Assembly: GCA_964457625.1 (NCBI GenBank)
Contig: CAYWES010000003.1
Location: 8,013-72,012 of the forward strand
Direction: 5' to 3'
Source of the DNA: an uncultured Candidatus Saccharibacteria bacterium
GTDB taxonomy: Bacteria; Patescibacteriota; Minisyncoccia; Phycocordibacterales; UBA1550
Length of the DNA stretch: 64,000 nucleotides
Below are positions 54,392 through 64,000 of the stretch, piece after piece (positions within the stretch are counted from its first letter, which is position 1; the number at the start of each line of letters is the position of its first letter). Both the position numbers and the translations under genes were made by a program. The notes beneath the pieces are model-generated. The model made no database searches. It was not told the origin of the DNA and saw nothing but the letters and a program-made list of their open reading frames with translations.

Positions 54392-56068
54392 CTACGCTTG
54401 CTCCAGGTCTACGACGCGCGCCACCTCGTCAAAAGACGTGATGCCTCCGGCTATTTTTTCAATACCATCTTCACGCATATTGAGGAGTCCTTGCTTCTTT
54501 GCAATATCGCGAATTTCGCGTTCGCTAGGGACGCTATCAAGAAGTGCTTCAATGTCTTCGTTCATAACGATTGCTTCAAAGATTCCCACGCGCCCTTTAA
54601 ATCCGGTGTTGTTACATGCCGAGCATCCCACGGGTTTCCAAATTTTTTCTGTTTGAATAATGGTGCCGGTCTTCTCTTTTATGATTTCCGCAACTTCAGT
54701 GAGAATTTTTTGTTCCTGGGGAGTAGGGACGTCTTCCTTCTTGCACTCCAGGCAGAGTTTGCGGGCGAGGCGCTGAGCGAGCGCGACGGTGAGCGAGGAG
54801 CCGATAATCTTTGGCGTCACCCCGAGATCAATCAAGCGGGGGATAGCACCTGCGGCGGTGTTGGTATGGAGGGTTGAAAACACCATGTGTCCCGTGAGTG
54901 CGGCATTGATGGCAACCTTTGCCGTTTCTCCGTCACGAATTTCACCAAGCATGATGACATCAGGGTCTTGGCGCATTGCCGCGCGAAGACCTTCAAGAAA
55001 GGTATAGCCCTTTTCCGCCTCCACCTGCGTTTGCGAGACACCTTTGAGGTGGTATTCAATAGGGTCTTCAATGGTCATCATCTTGAGCTCCGTTGAGAAA
55101 ATGCGCTTCAAAAAGGAATACAAGGTGGTCGTTTTACCGGATCCCGTAGGGCCGGTGTTTAAAATCATGCCGTGAGGCTTTGCAATTTCGCGATCAATGA
55201 GTTTGAGGAGGCGCTCACTCATGCCGAGATCCTCGAGGGTTACGTTGATTGATTGTGGGTTCAAGAGGCGCATTACGACGCCCTCACCATACGCTCCGGG
55301 GATGATAGACACACGAATTTCAATATCAAGGTTTGCGACTTTAATACTAAAGCGCCCATCCTGACTTTCCGTACCAACATTGAGTTTGAGTCCTGCGAGG
55401 AGTTTCAAGCGCGAGCCCACGAGACGATAGGTTTCGTGGGGGAGCGTGCCCACTTCATGAAGTACACCGTCAACACGATAGCGGATGTGTACAAGGATTT
55501 CCTCGGGCTCTATGTGAATATCGGATGCATGGATACCGATTGCACCCGCAAGGATGATGGCAAACGTATGAGAAACATGGCGAACACCCTTGTTTGCAAA
55601 CGTTTCTTTGAGTTCTTTACGTACATCGTCGAGCGTTTTGAATTTCTTTACGAGGTCCTCGGTGCTTTCGCCCGTAATATCCACCGTTCCCGCCTGCGTG
55701 GTCGCTGATCCGGAGATATCGCTATAGCGATCCCAGACTTTTTCGAGGCTCGCATGAGAAGCGAGGTAGGGGGTCACGGTAAATCCGCGACTTTTGAGAA
55801 ACTCAAGCACATCAAGGGTTTTTGGGTCATTGGGCGAAAACATTGCCACCGAGAGCTTTTTGCCACCGAGCTTGAATGGTGCAATGAGCCCTTCGCGCGC
55901 CATGCGTTCGTTTACGGTTTGGACGGCGGAGACATCAATAGCCACCGTGGAGAGATTTATGTATTCGATACCATATTTACCCGCCATCGCCATGAGAAAC
56001 TCCTCCTCTTCTTGTTTGCGGAGATCAATGAGCGCGTCATTTTTACTGATATCGTCAAAGTGGATCAT
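54392..56068 (-). CDS. PilB/GspE-family secretion ATPase (copy 2) with a C-terminal tetra-Cys motif
   Basis: 558 aa with an N-terminal T2SSE_N domain, Walker A NTGPTGSGKTTTLY, and C-terminal CLECKKE...CSACNNTG. Confidence 0.85.
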   Translation of the reverse strand: MIHFDDISKNDALIDLRKQEEEEFLMAMAGKYGIEYINLSTVAIDVSAVQTVNERMAREGLIAPFKLGGKKLSVAMFSPNDPKTLDVLEFLKSRGFTVTPYLASHASLEKVWDRYSDISGSATTQAGTVDITGESTEDLVKKFKTLDDVRKELKETFANKGVRHVSHTFAIILAGAIGIHASDIHIEPEEILVHIRYRVDGVLHEVGTLPHETYRLVGSRLKLLAGLKLNVGTESQDGRFSIKVANLDIEIRVSIIPGAYGEGVVMRLLNPQSINVTLEDLGMSERLLKLIDREIAKPHGMILNTGPTGSGKTTTLYSFLKRIFSTELKMMTIEDPIEYHLKGVSQTQVEAEKGYTFLEGLRAAMRQDPDVIMLGEIRDGETAKVAINAALTGHMVFSTLHTNTAAGAIPRLIDLGVTPKIIGSSLTVALAQRLARKLCLECKKEDVPTPQEQKILTEVAEIIKEKTGTIIQTEKIWKPVGCSACNNTGFKGRVGIFEAIVMNEDIEALLDSVPSEREIRDIAKKQGLLNMREDGIEKIAGGITSFDEVARVVDLEQA

Positions 56069-56106
56069 TGTCCCATATTGTAAGGGTTTTTAAGGAGGAA
56101 TACTAC

Positions 56107-56134
56107 TTGACTTTTTCTGTGAATTTGGTATAAT
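56107..56134 (+). promoter_or_regulatory. Consensus sigma70-type promoter (TTGACT-N16-TATAAT) for the lipoprotein gene
   Basis: Seen directly: TTGACTttttctgtgaatttggTATAAT. Confidence 0.6.
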
Positions 56135-56187
56135 TAGGGGAGAGAAGGTTGAACAGTTCCGTTCAGCCAAAACACGAGGACTTTGAT

Positions 56188-56565
56188 ATGAAAAAGTTTC
56201 TTTTAATCGCCTTCATGGCGATGGCACTACAGAATTGTGCCGTGATTGTAGGGGAGGCGTGGGAAAATTCTAAGGAATCTTTCCCGACCCTTGGGTCCGC
56301 CAACCTGGCGTACCAAGACCACCCCGAAGTAAAGGCCGCCCGGGCAATGGGAGATGCGGACAGGGAGTACTACCGCCTTCAGGCTGCTAAATACGTAGCC
56401 TATTGTCGGGGGAACCCAAACGCATACGGATGCGCCACCGCAAATGGGCCTGCTCAAATCAGGACCATTCCCGGCTGGCAAAACCCCCCGCCCGGGTGGA
56501 GAGTCAGGAGTCAACAGGGACACGTGCCCTATCACCTCCAGAGCCCACCCCCGCCAAGGTGGTAA
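56188..56565 (+). CDS. Hypothetical lipoprotein-like small secreted protein (lipobox LQNC), Pro/Gly-rich C-terminus
   Basis: Start at the internal Met MKKFLLIAFMAMALQNC. A terminator follows. Confidence 0.5.
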   Translation: MKKFLLIAFMAMALQNCAVIVGEAWENSKESFPTLGSANLAYQDHPEVKAARAMGDADREYYRLQAAKYVAYCRGNPNAYGCATANGPAQIRTIPGWQNPPPGWRVRSQQGHVPYHLQSPPPPRW

Positions 56566-56583
56566 AACACCTCGGCAAACCAC

Positions 56584-56616
56584 CAACCGCCAATTCCTCA
56601 CGGAATTGGCGGTTTT
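56584..56616. terminator. Rho-independent terminator
   Basis: AACCGCCAATTCC-TCAC-GGAATTGGCGGTTTTTT. Confidence 0.8.
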
Positions 56617-56622
56617 TTCTTG

Positions 56623-56652
56623 CTTGACTTTTAATACACACTGTGATATAAT
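56623..56652 (+). promoter_or_regulatory. Consensus promoter TTGACT-N17/18-TATAAT, copy A of a duplicated cassette. The predicted start site coincides with the ATG at 56659, implying a leaderless mRNA.
   Basis: GCTTGACTTTTAATACACA is identical over 19-20 nt to the promoter at 57429-57447. Confidence 0.6.
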
Positions 56653-56658
56653 GTACCT

Positions 56659-57378
56659 ATGAATAAAGCAACCACAACAATCATCATATTCGGGGCGTTC
56701 TTGGGGCTTGCGTTCTCTCTTTTTGTAGGGCAGGCGTTTGCCGCGGGGACTATTACCCCTGTATCCGTATCCGCGTTTGGCGAGACCGGAGTAACCCTCC
56801 GCGCTCATACGAGCGGTGTCGCGTGGACGACCGTACCTGCATGGTTTGCGTACGGTACGACACCCAACCCGGATATCGTGGTAGGTGACACACGCCTCTT
56901 TGGATCAGGGACAGCAATGCTTCCTTTTGAAACAACGATTTCCAACTTGACCCCGGGGACAACATACTACTTCCGTGCAAACGTGATGGTAGATGGTGTG
57001 ACGGTACAGTCTTCTGTTGCGACCTTTACGGTTCCCGTAAAGAACGCACCGGTAACTCCCATCGTCGTGACTCCTGTAGTGACGACGCCAAAAGCGCCTG
57101 TCGCGGTAGCACCAAAAGAAACACCCAAAGCTCCTGTGGCAACACAAACGACACCTCAATCAGAGCTCATCTTGAACTCACAGAGTGGAGCCGTCATCGG
57201 CGCGGGGGAGAGCGTGCTTCCGGGGACACTCATCGGCTGGGTAGGACTCATGCTCATGGTGCTCATCATCATGCTCATGGTCACCATGCTCGTAGAATCC
57301 GTACAGCGTCGCCGTTTTGAGCACGAACTTGCTCTTGAAAAGGCTCGCGCAGGTACTCAGGAGTATCAGATTGCATAA
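56659..57378 (+). CDS. Secreted, C-terminally membrane-anchored protein with one FN3-like 'WFxYGTT...PGTTYYFRA' domain and a Pro/Thr/Val-rich stalk
   Basis: Signal peptide MNKATTTIIIFGAFLGLAFSLFVGQAFA and a C-terminal TM helix GWVGLMLMVLIIMLMVTMLV. The domain is homologous to the four repeats in the ORF at 58620. Confidence 0.6.
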   Translation: MNKATTTIIIFGAFLGLAFSLFVGQAFAAGTITPVSVSAFGETGVTLRAHTSGVAWTTVPAWFAYGTTPNPDIVVGDTRLFGSGTAMLPFETTISNLTPGTTYYFRANVMVDGVTVQSSVATFTVPVKNAPVTPIVVTPVVTTPKAPVAVAPKETPKAPVATQTTPQSELILNSQSGAVIGAGESVLPGTLIGWVGLMLMVLIIMLMVTMLVESVQRRRFEHELALEKARAGTQEYQIA

Positions 57379-57390
57379 AACACCCCTCCG

Positions 57391-57427
57391 AAAGCCCGGC
57401 AATTTCCTCTGGAAATTGCCGGGCTTT
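57391..57427. terminator. Rho-independent terminator
   Basis: AAAGCCCGGCAATTTCC-TCT-GGAAATTGCCGGGCTTT. Confidence 0.8.
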
Positions 57428-57430
57428 CCG

Positions 57431-57459
57431 CTTGACTTTTAATACACAATATGCTACAA
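57431..57459 (+). promoter_or_regulatory. Consensus promoter TTGACT-N17-TACAAT, copy B of the duplicated cassette. It has a 5' leader of about 80 nt containing a hairpin.
   Basis: Seen directly. The leader hairpin is GGTGAAGC-GCTCTT-GCTTCACC. A GAGGAG SD sequence lies 8 nt before the ATG at 57543. Confidence 0.55.
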
Positions 57460-57542
57460 TCTACCCTAGAAAGGTGAAGCGCTCTTGCTTCACCTACGTT
57501 CGTTCAAAACAACCAAACGCCTTCGTGGCGAGGAGAAAAATT

Positions 57543-58406
57543 ATGAAAACAATTCATAATATCGCCACGGTCGTGGCACTTGCAATTGCAGTATTATTGT
57601 TGTCCTCAGGCAATGTTTTTGCCCAAGGACAAGTCAGTCAAGAGGAGATAGACCGTATGGATGCGGTGATGAAGACCTACATGGCGCAACAGCGCCAGCT
57701 TGCTCAGCAAGAAGGGCGTTCAACATCGCGCCGTAGTGGTACTTACCCTAGCCAGGCTGCGTGTGAGGAGGCGGTATACGGTGGTTATGCTACCGAATAC
57801 AAGCCCACCATCAAAAATGGTGCGGAGCTTGCAAACCGTCCTGACGTGCGAGTCATCCCCGCGGAGCGTTGGGTCTGCGCTGATATGCAGATTCAAGGTG
57901 GACGCGGATGGGCCTCGTTTCCTCCGGGAACGAAATTTCTGCACAGAAAGGGCGCAAATGGGTACGTGAATGAAGTCCCCTTCGCACTCGCTGAGTGCGG
58001 AAACACCATTCACAAGATCCTCTTCGTGGATCCCACCCATCAGCCTCGCGCAGCTCTCGCTCCGCTTCCCGCTCAGCCAACACTCGCTGACCGCTTAGCG
58101 GAAGACCAAGCACGAGAAGCCCAAAAACACCCCAAGGAGCGCAAATCTTGCTCCACCGGGTGTAAAGCGGGCTGGTTCGCTGCAGGCGTAATTCTCGCCT
58201 ATGCTGTTCATGAGATAAATCGTGACAGTGGCGGTAGTAGCAGCAGTGGTACCGATCTTGCGCCGGGCACATGTGGTCCCACGCAAGGATGTGGTGGTAG
58301 CGGTGGCGGCGGTCTCGGCGGGGGCTCTGGCGGCGGTAGTACCGGCCTTGGCGGAGGTACCAGTGGTGGCAACACCACCGGTCTCGGCGGAGGCACATCT
58401 CCGTAA
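57543..58406 (+). CDS. Hypothetical secreted protein with a C-terminal Gly/Ser-rich low-complexity tail
   Basis: Start at MKTIHNIATVVALAIAVLLLSSGNVFAQG (signal peptide). A possible internal TM helix (GWFAAGVILAYAV) is followed by a GGSGGGG... tail. Confidence 0.5.
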   Translation: MKTIHNIATVVALAIAVLLLSSGNVFAQGQVSQEEIDRMDAVMKTYMAQQRQLAQQEGRSTSRRSGTYPSQAACEEAVYGGYATEYKPTIKNGAELANRPDVRVIPAERWVCADMQIQGGRGWASFPPGTKFLHRKGANGYVNEVPFALAECGNTIHKILFVDPTHQPRAALAPLPAQPTLADRLAEDQAREAQKHPKERKSCSTGCKAGWFAAGVILAYAVHEINRDSGGSSSSGTDLAPGTCGPTQGCGGSGGGGLGGGSGGGSTGLGGGTSGGNTTGLGGGTSP

Positions 58407-58619
58407 AGGTCAACGAGGGGAGGACGTATCTTGCAATGAGATACAACCTCCCTTCCTTTTTAAAGAATTTAACCAAAATTGAGGTTGAGGGCTTTAAAAA
58501 GGAACTATGGTTGAATACTTGACTATATTTTCCTTTGTGTTATAGTGAGAAAAGGTTAGTACTATTTACCATTTATTCATTTATTAGCTTTAGAGAACGC
58601 CTTCGGGCATCAATATATT

Positions 58620-60608
58620 ATGAACAAAAAGATCACCGCAGTCGTCCTTGGTCTCGCGAGCGCAGTAGCGTTCTTTTCAGGTGCAAACATCGCACTTGGA
58701 CAGACCGCCACTTCATGCAGCACGGGAGTTCTTCAAGGATATATTAGCAACACCGGCGGGAGCACTGTTTCCGCATGGTTTGAGTGGAGCACGAGCCAGG
58801 CTTATGTAAACAATGGCCAGGGTACGCGCACACCGACGCAGTACTTCAACGCGCCGACACCAAACGTAACGCAAGCGCTTACAAACCTTGCGCAAAACAC
58901 AACGTACTACTACCGCTTTGTACTTACGAACGGTATAGACCACATTGATGGCGAAACACGCAGTTTCACTACACCTTCTTGTGGAACCACAGGCGGAGGT
59001 AACAATGGTGGCGGTAGCCAGCAGGGTTCACAGCCTACGGTACAGACCTATTCCGCAACAGGAACAACCATGTCAAGTACGACATTGGTGGGCTTGGTAA
59101 ACGGCAATGGCGCGGGTACCACGGCATGGTTTGAGTACGGCACAACCCCGGGATTTGGATACAACACAACCCAGCAAGGGTATGGAGTTGGATCTTCAAC
59201 ACTCAACGGGTATGTATCAAATCTTGCACCAAACACGACCTACTACTTCCGCGCAGTAGCGCAGAATGGGTACGGTACGGTATATGGCACGACATACACC
59301 TTTACCACACAGGGAAGCGGATATTTTCCTCCTGTGAATCCCGGTTACAACCAAGCAACCGTTGGTACGAATACTTCATTTAGTACGTCAAACACCACGG
59401 CAACCTTGAACGGGTGGGTAAACGGCAACGGAGCATATGCAACCGCATGGTTCCAGTACGGTACAACTCAGAACTTTGGGTACACCAGCACGGCGGGAAC
59501 GTACAGCACCGGATACACAAACTTCAACGCGTACCTTACCAATCTTGCACCAAACACGACCTACTACTTCCGCGCAGTAGCGCAGAATGGAAATGGTACA
59601 CACGTGTATGGCGAGACATTGATGCTTACCACGGGAGTATTGGGTTCTGTAGGTAATGCGACAAGCGCACCAACCGCGACAACAACACTCGCGACAGACA
59701 TCACGACGACAGGCGCGACATTGAACTCACTCATCTTCACCGCAAGTGGTGCAAACACCACCGCATGGTTTGAGTGGGGTACCAATCAGTCAACCGTCGC
59801 AAATGGTAATGGTATCGCGACCGCGCGCGTATCTGTGGGAAATCTTCCTACCGTACGTCACGCAGTACCTCTCACCGGTCTTACACAAGGGACAACCTAC
59901 TACTTCCGTATCGTTGCAGAAAACACATACGGTCGCACGACAGGTCTCGTTATGAGCTTTGTCCCCGGTTCTGCGCAAAACACAACCGTAGTGGTAAATC
60001 GCCCTGCGACAACCACAAACACGACCACGACAACCAACACAACAGCGCCAAGTCCTGTCGCAACAACGACATCACTTATGACGCTTACGGTTGATGGTGG
60101 ATCAGCGTCACTCATCCCGGGTGAACGAAAGATCTATAATGTCTCATGGAAAAACGACAGCACGCAAACACTCAAGAATGTTATCGTGCAGGTAGGTATT
60201 CCTACAGGCCTTACCTTTGAAAACGCCGACAAAGGAGCGTACTCAAAGGTTGATAACGCGCTTTCCCTCAATGTAGCGGAGCTTGCTCCCGGACAGACAG
60301 GAAGCCTCTCATTCATCGCGTCTTCAAAGAATACGCTTCAGAATGGTGAACTCGTGGTAGTCGTAGCAAATGCAGTCTACACAGATCAGACAAATGTTCA
60401 GGGCCAAGTGGTTGCGTACATCACGCACACCGCGGGAGGTATCATGAACACGAATGATCTCGGAGCAAGCGTCTTTGGAACAGGTTCATTCCTTCCTACG
60501 ACACTCTTCGGATGGCTCGCACTTCTCGCGCTCGTTCTTCTCCTCACGCTTCTTGGAAACCACCTTTATGGTCGTCTCTCGGTAGCAGGAGCTCCTCGAG
60601 CACACTAA
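58620..60608 (+). CDS. Cell-surface protein with four tandem FN3-like domains (LAPNTTYYFRAVAQNG repeats), a DUF11-like/CARDB-like domain and a C-terminal TM anchor
   Basis: 662 aa with a signal peptide. Repeats: AWFEWSTSQ..TTYYYRFV, AWFEYGTTPGF..TTYYFRAV, AWFQYGTTQNF..TTYYFRAV, AWFEWGTNQ..TTYYFRIV. A 49-nt perfect DNA repeat occurs at 59221-59269 and 59542-59590. The upstream promoter is TTGACT-N16-TATAGT (58519-58546). Confidence 0.65.
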   Translation: MNKKITAVVLGLASAVAFFSGANIALGQTATSCSTGVLQGYISNTGGSTVSAWFEWSTSQAYVNNGQGTRTPTQYFNAPTPNVTQALTNLAQNTTYYYRFVLTNGIDHIDGETRSFTTPSCGTTGGGNNGGGSQQGSQPTVQTYSATGTTMSSTTLVGLVNGNGAGTTAWFEYGTTPGFGYNTTQQGYGVGSSTLNGYVSNLAPNTTYYFRAVAQNGYGTVYGTTYTFTTQGSGYFPPVNPGYNQATVGTNTSFSTSNTTATLNGWVNGNGAYATAWFQYGTTQNFGYTSTAGTYSTGYTNFNAYLTNLAPNTTYYFRAVAQNGNGTHVYGETLMLTTGVLGSVGNATSAPTATTTLATDITTTGATLNSLIFTASGANTTAWFEWGTNQSTVANGNGIATARVSVGNLPTVRHAVPLTGLTQGTTYYFRIVAENTYGRTTGLVMSFVPGSAQNTTVVVNRPATTTNTTTTTNTTAPSPVATTTSLMTLTVDGGSASLIPGERKIYNVSWKNDSTQTLKNVIVQVGIPTGLTFENADKGAYSKVDNALSLNVAELAPGQTGSLSFIASSKNTLQNGELVVVVANAVYTDQTNVQGQVVAYITHTAGGIMNTNDLGASVFGTGSFLPTTLFGWLALLALVLLLTLLGNHLYGRLSVAGAPRAH

Positions 60609-60650
60609 TTCACAAGAGAATTACGTCGGGGTAAAATCCGCGTATACAGA

Positions 60651-60688
60651 AAAAGGGCGATGGTGCTTTGGCACCATCGCCCTTTTTC
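60651..60688. terminator. Rho-independent terminator
   Basis: AAAAGGGCGATGGTGC-TTTG-GCACCATCGCCCTTTTT. Confidence 0.8.
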
Positions 60689-60796
60689 TCTGCATTTCCC
60701 TTGCCCCCACACGCTATACTAATGTATAGTATAGGGGTAATAATCAATTACCATGCCCATTTTATACGACATGTATACAAAAATAAAAACAGCCAC

Positions 60797-63700
60797 CATG
60801 CGCCACCACAAATACGCACCCCTTTTAACCATCATCGCAGTCATCTTTGTCATCGGTATCTACTTCAGAGATGACTTTCTCAAAGCTTCCCAGTACCTCT
60901 TTACCCAAGAGTCATGGACGGGAGGTGTCTCTACCTTGATCGCCCAGCACCCGGATGATCAAGTGGGCTGGAATACGTATACGAGCAGACAGAATGTTGT
61001 TGCGGAGAATACGCTGACGCTCGGCTCGGCTGGCTCATGTGAGCTCCCTACTCCTCTTCCTGACGCGGTGGCGAGTGAAGGTGAGTCTTATATTCCCCTC
61101 ACTATCACCCCCCTTGAAAATGGCCAAGGGTTCACGGCATTTGTTCCCGCGGACAGTTCTGTTCCGGGACAGTTCCTTGTTGCGCAAAACACAGAGGAAG
61201 AAGAAGATCGCGTCGCGATTACTATCACCGAGGGGCTTACGCTCGGGTTTCGCCTAGACGATGCGGCGCTCAACGCAGCGGGAGGTGGGTTCATGGCCAC
61301 CATATTTTCCTTGGGAGATGAAGACCATTTAGCGGCACCTATCGTTCCTGTATCGAGCCCGGGTACCGGTATCACGTTCTCGTCATTTCTCTCAATGAGT
61401 GGTGTGGATATTGAGAATCCTTCCATATCAGACGCCAAGTATTATTACAAAGTATCCGTCAACCAAGACGGAGAACGCACGGCGCATTACTTTGCCGCGG
61501 AGTTGTTGGCCGAGTATGTAGTGGTTACCTTCAGGAGTACGGGAGTTTCTTTCTATGTTGATGGAAGGGAAGTGCTCTTACAGGATAATACCAATCTCAT
61601 AGGAGAAAGCCTGTTCCCCACGTCTATCTTGCTGGGCGCTATTGCTTCAGAAGAAGCACTGGATGTTCCCTTTTCGCTTGAGTTCCTCACCTCTACGGAA
61701 AATCTTCCCGGATGGGCATCGGGAGGGGTAGATCTCTGTGGGGCGCCACTTGTGCCGACAGCTCCCGGGACACCCCTTGTAGGGAAGGACGTACCTTCGT
61801 GGGTTAATGGAGCCCTCGGGTCGGAAGCGGAATTAGAGGAATTTTCGTTCAGCTTGATTTCAACATCCGGACTGCCCGGCGTTTGGGCGACGGCGACATC
61901 TCCGTATGTGTTTAATGAAGGGCTTCATTTGATTCCGTTCATGTTGAATGGCTCGGGGGACTACGCGGTGGGTGTGGGTACAAGCACCATGAGCTTGGAA
62001 ACATTTGTGGGAGGGGATGAATATGGCTGGGCGATTGTTTACCACAACAACGAAGAAGATGGTCCTAATGGCCTGTACCACAACGGGGTGCATATTCCTT
62101 CCGTGTACGACGACTTTAGCTTTGCAGGAAGCTTTGGGACGACGGTGTACCTCCAGGTTACGATTACGGGTAATATCGCTGAGCTCTGTTTTTATAAAGA
62201 AACAGCAGGTGCTCCGGAATATCCGGAAGGGGGGTGTGGGGTTATTCCCGAGCTTACGCTTGACTTGAGCGTCACGGGACCGCTTTCTATCGCGGCATCG
62301 GTGACAGAGGGTCGTTCTGTATCCACCAGTTCGTGGTTTAATTTTCTCGCTTTTCTTTTGTTGGTAATCAATCCTTCATTCTTTGATGATTATTACCCGG
62401 GTTACATCACCTTCAACACGCTTCCTGTGGTGGATTTCACGCCTACTATTTCCAGTTACGCGCTCTCAGGAAACCTCGTTTCCTCACGCTACGATACGAA
62501 TTCTCCGGGAGTATCGGGACCTCTGCCATATCTGACAAATCCAAATGTTATTAACGAGATGTTCGTCATCAAATCAGACGGTTCAGTGTGGATAAGTGCT
62601 GGAGTTCTTGATCCTGAATCCGAAGAGCCACCGTATGCCTTTCCCCTCATTCAGGATCTCTCTGAATTCTTTCCTGGCGCCAATTTGGCTAACCTCCCCC
62701 CTGTAAGAGATTTTTTTGGTGAATTTGGACAGTTTATCTTTGTCGACGGCACTCTCGGGGTACTCAACGAGGAGTCGTTTGAATTGGAATATTTTGAAGA
62801 TCCAAATCTCACTGACGTCATTCAAGTCGTAAAGCACTGGTATGATAGTAGTATTCTCATTGCGTTGCGTGCTGACGGTACTGTCTGGGCGGTAGAGCCA
62901 GAATCACCTGCTACACTGCTTCCCGGCATGGATGATGTAGTCGCCATAAGCATGGGGCAAAGCGCGGGGTATATGTTGAAATCAGACGGCACGGTCTGGG
63001 CAGCAGGAGACAACACCTACGGTCAGATTGGTGACGGTACGAACGACCTTGCCGGATTTCCTGTCCAAGTTTCCGGACTCACGGACGTAGTCGCCATTGC
63101 ATCCAATAAAAGCGCGAATTTTGCGAATGCGCTCCTCGCCGACGGCACGGTCTGGGCATGGGGAGAACACCAACGCGCTTGGGTTGGATTCCTTGAAGAT
63201 AGCAATGTCCCTGTCCAGGTAGACCTTGCGTGGTATGGCGGTGACGTGATTGTTGAAATTTCAGCAAATAACTACAACCCGGGTTGGAGTGTTGCGCTTG
63301 CGGAAGATGGGACAATATATAATTTTGGTGCCTTTAGTTTTACGTCTTTCGTGGTACCCGTAGATACTCCCATCAGCGATATATTCAGTATTGATGTAGA
63401 ATCGTCAGACGGATTAGTCGTAATCAAAACAGACGGTACTGTTTGGAAGTTGATTTGGGACGAGGAAGCAGAGGCGGAAGTATGGATCCAGTTCGGTGGC
63501 GATAATCCCTGGAACCTCCTCTACGGCACCACCCCAGGAACCCCAAACCCTCTCACCACACTCTCATGGGACGCCCTTACTCCCACAGGTACTACCATAA
63601 CCCTAGAACTCAGATCATCCCCTGACGGCTCCACCTGGTCTGACTGGTGTGGTTACACAGACTGTGACGGTTCTACCTTTACCGAATCACACAATGGTCT

Positions 63701-64000
63701 TGAACTCCCTACAGACCACCCATTACGAACAGATGATGACGACCGCTTCATCCAGTACCGCGTCACCCTCACCGGTGATGGTACCAACACCCCTACCATC
63801 AACACCATTACCCTAGGCTACGGAGACTCAGAAGACCTTCCTCCACCACCCCCTCCACCTCCAACCTCTCCCATCATCTCAGGTGGTGGTGGCTTTGTCT
63901 TCCCCCCTACCACACCTGACACCACAGAATCTACAGAAGACACCCAAGAGTCTCAGCAGGAAGAGCAGGAGGAGGAAACACAACCTACACAACCTACAGA
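60797..64000 (+). CDS. Giant secreted/anchored protein (over 1060 aa, 3' end beyond the window) with a LamG/concanavalin-like region, multiple RCC1-like beta-propeller repeats and a Pro/Thr/Gln-rich tail
   Basis: Manual translation from ATG 60797: MRHHKYAPLLTIIAVIFVIG (signal-anchor) ... RCC1-type repeats (KSDGTVWAAGDNTYGQIGDG, ADGTVWAWGEHQRAWVG, KTDGTVWKL) ... PPPPPPPPTSP. Absent from the ORF track because it has no in-window stop. Confidence 0.6.

Noticed and set aside
54297-54656. 119-aa plus-strand ORF
   Set aside because: It lies mostly antisense inside the well-supported PilB-like gene (54392-56068).
1-64000. CRISPR arrays, rRNA genes, IS elements or transposases
   Set aside because: No regularly spaced direct repeats with unique spacers, no rRNA-like sequence and no DDE or serine-recombinase transposase ORFs were seen. 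The only recombinase is a XerC/D-like tyrosine recombinase with housekeeping-like context.

Overview
This is a dense, roughly 50% GC bacterial window that reads well under the standard genetic code. It contains the chromosomal replication origin: rpmH-rnpA-yidD-yidC on one strand, dnaA-dnaN-DUF721 on the other, and DnaA boxes in both intergenic regions flanking dnaA. Housekeeping genes present are pgk, tpiA, nusA, ppa, tig (with no PPIase domain), clpP, hup, rpsO, tyrS, ruvC, ruvB, recJ, rnhA, pcrA/uvrD, xth, xerC/D-like, a class A PBP, cca, mscL, and a histidine kinase with a two-receiver response regulator. The reduced trigger factor, the many secreted or anchored hypothetical proteins and the scattered DNA-uptake genes suggest a small-genome (CPR/Patescibacteria-like) organism. 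That placement is an inference from gene content only. The main accessory content is as follows. A ComEC gene is split into two minus-strand ORFs with a DedA gene inserted on the opposite strand. There are comM and two PilB/GspE-like ATPases. A Gram-positive-type T4SS-like module (PrgI-like, a VirB4 split into two ORFs, a VirB2/TrbC-like pilin, secreted proteins) sits directly beside oriC. A family of secreted or anchored proteins with FN3-like repeats is driven by a duplicated consensus promoter/terminator cassette. A giant RCC1-repeat protein runs off the window end. Four tRNAs were found (Gly-TCC, Pro-TGG, Gly-GCC, Arg-TCG with encoded CCA). Each of the three minus-strand tRNAs is followed by a partial or derived copy of itself, with structured spacers. 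Several 10-11 nt G/C homopolymers lie in promoter or leader regions of secreted-protein genes. No CRISPR array, rRNA or obvious intact mobile element was found.
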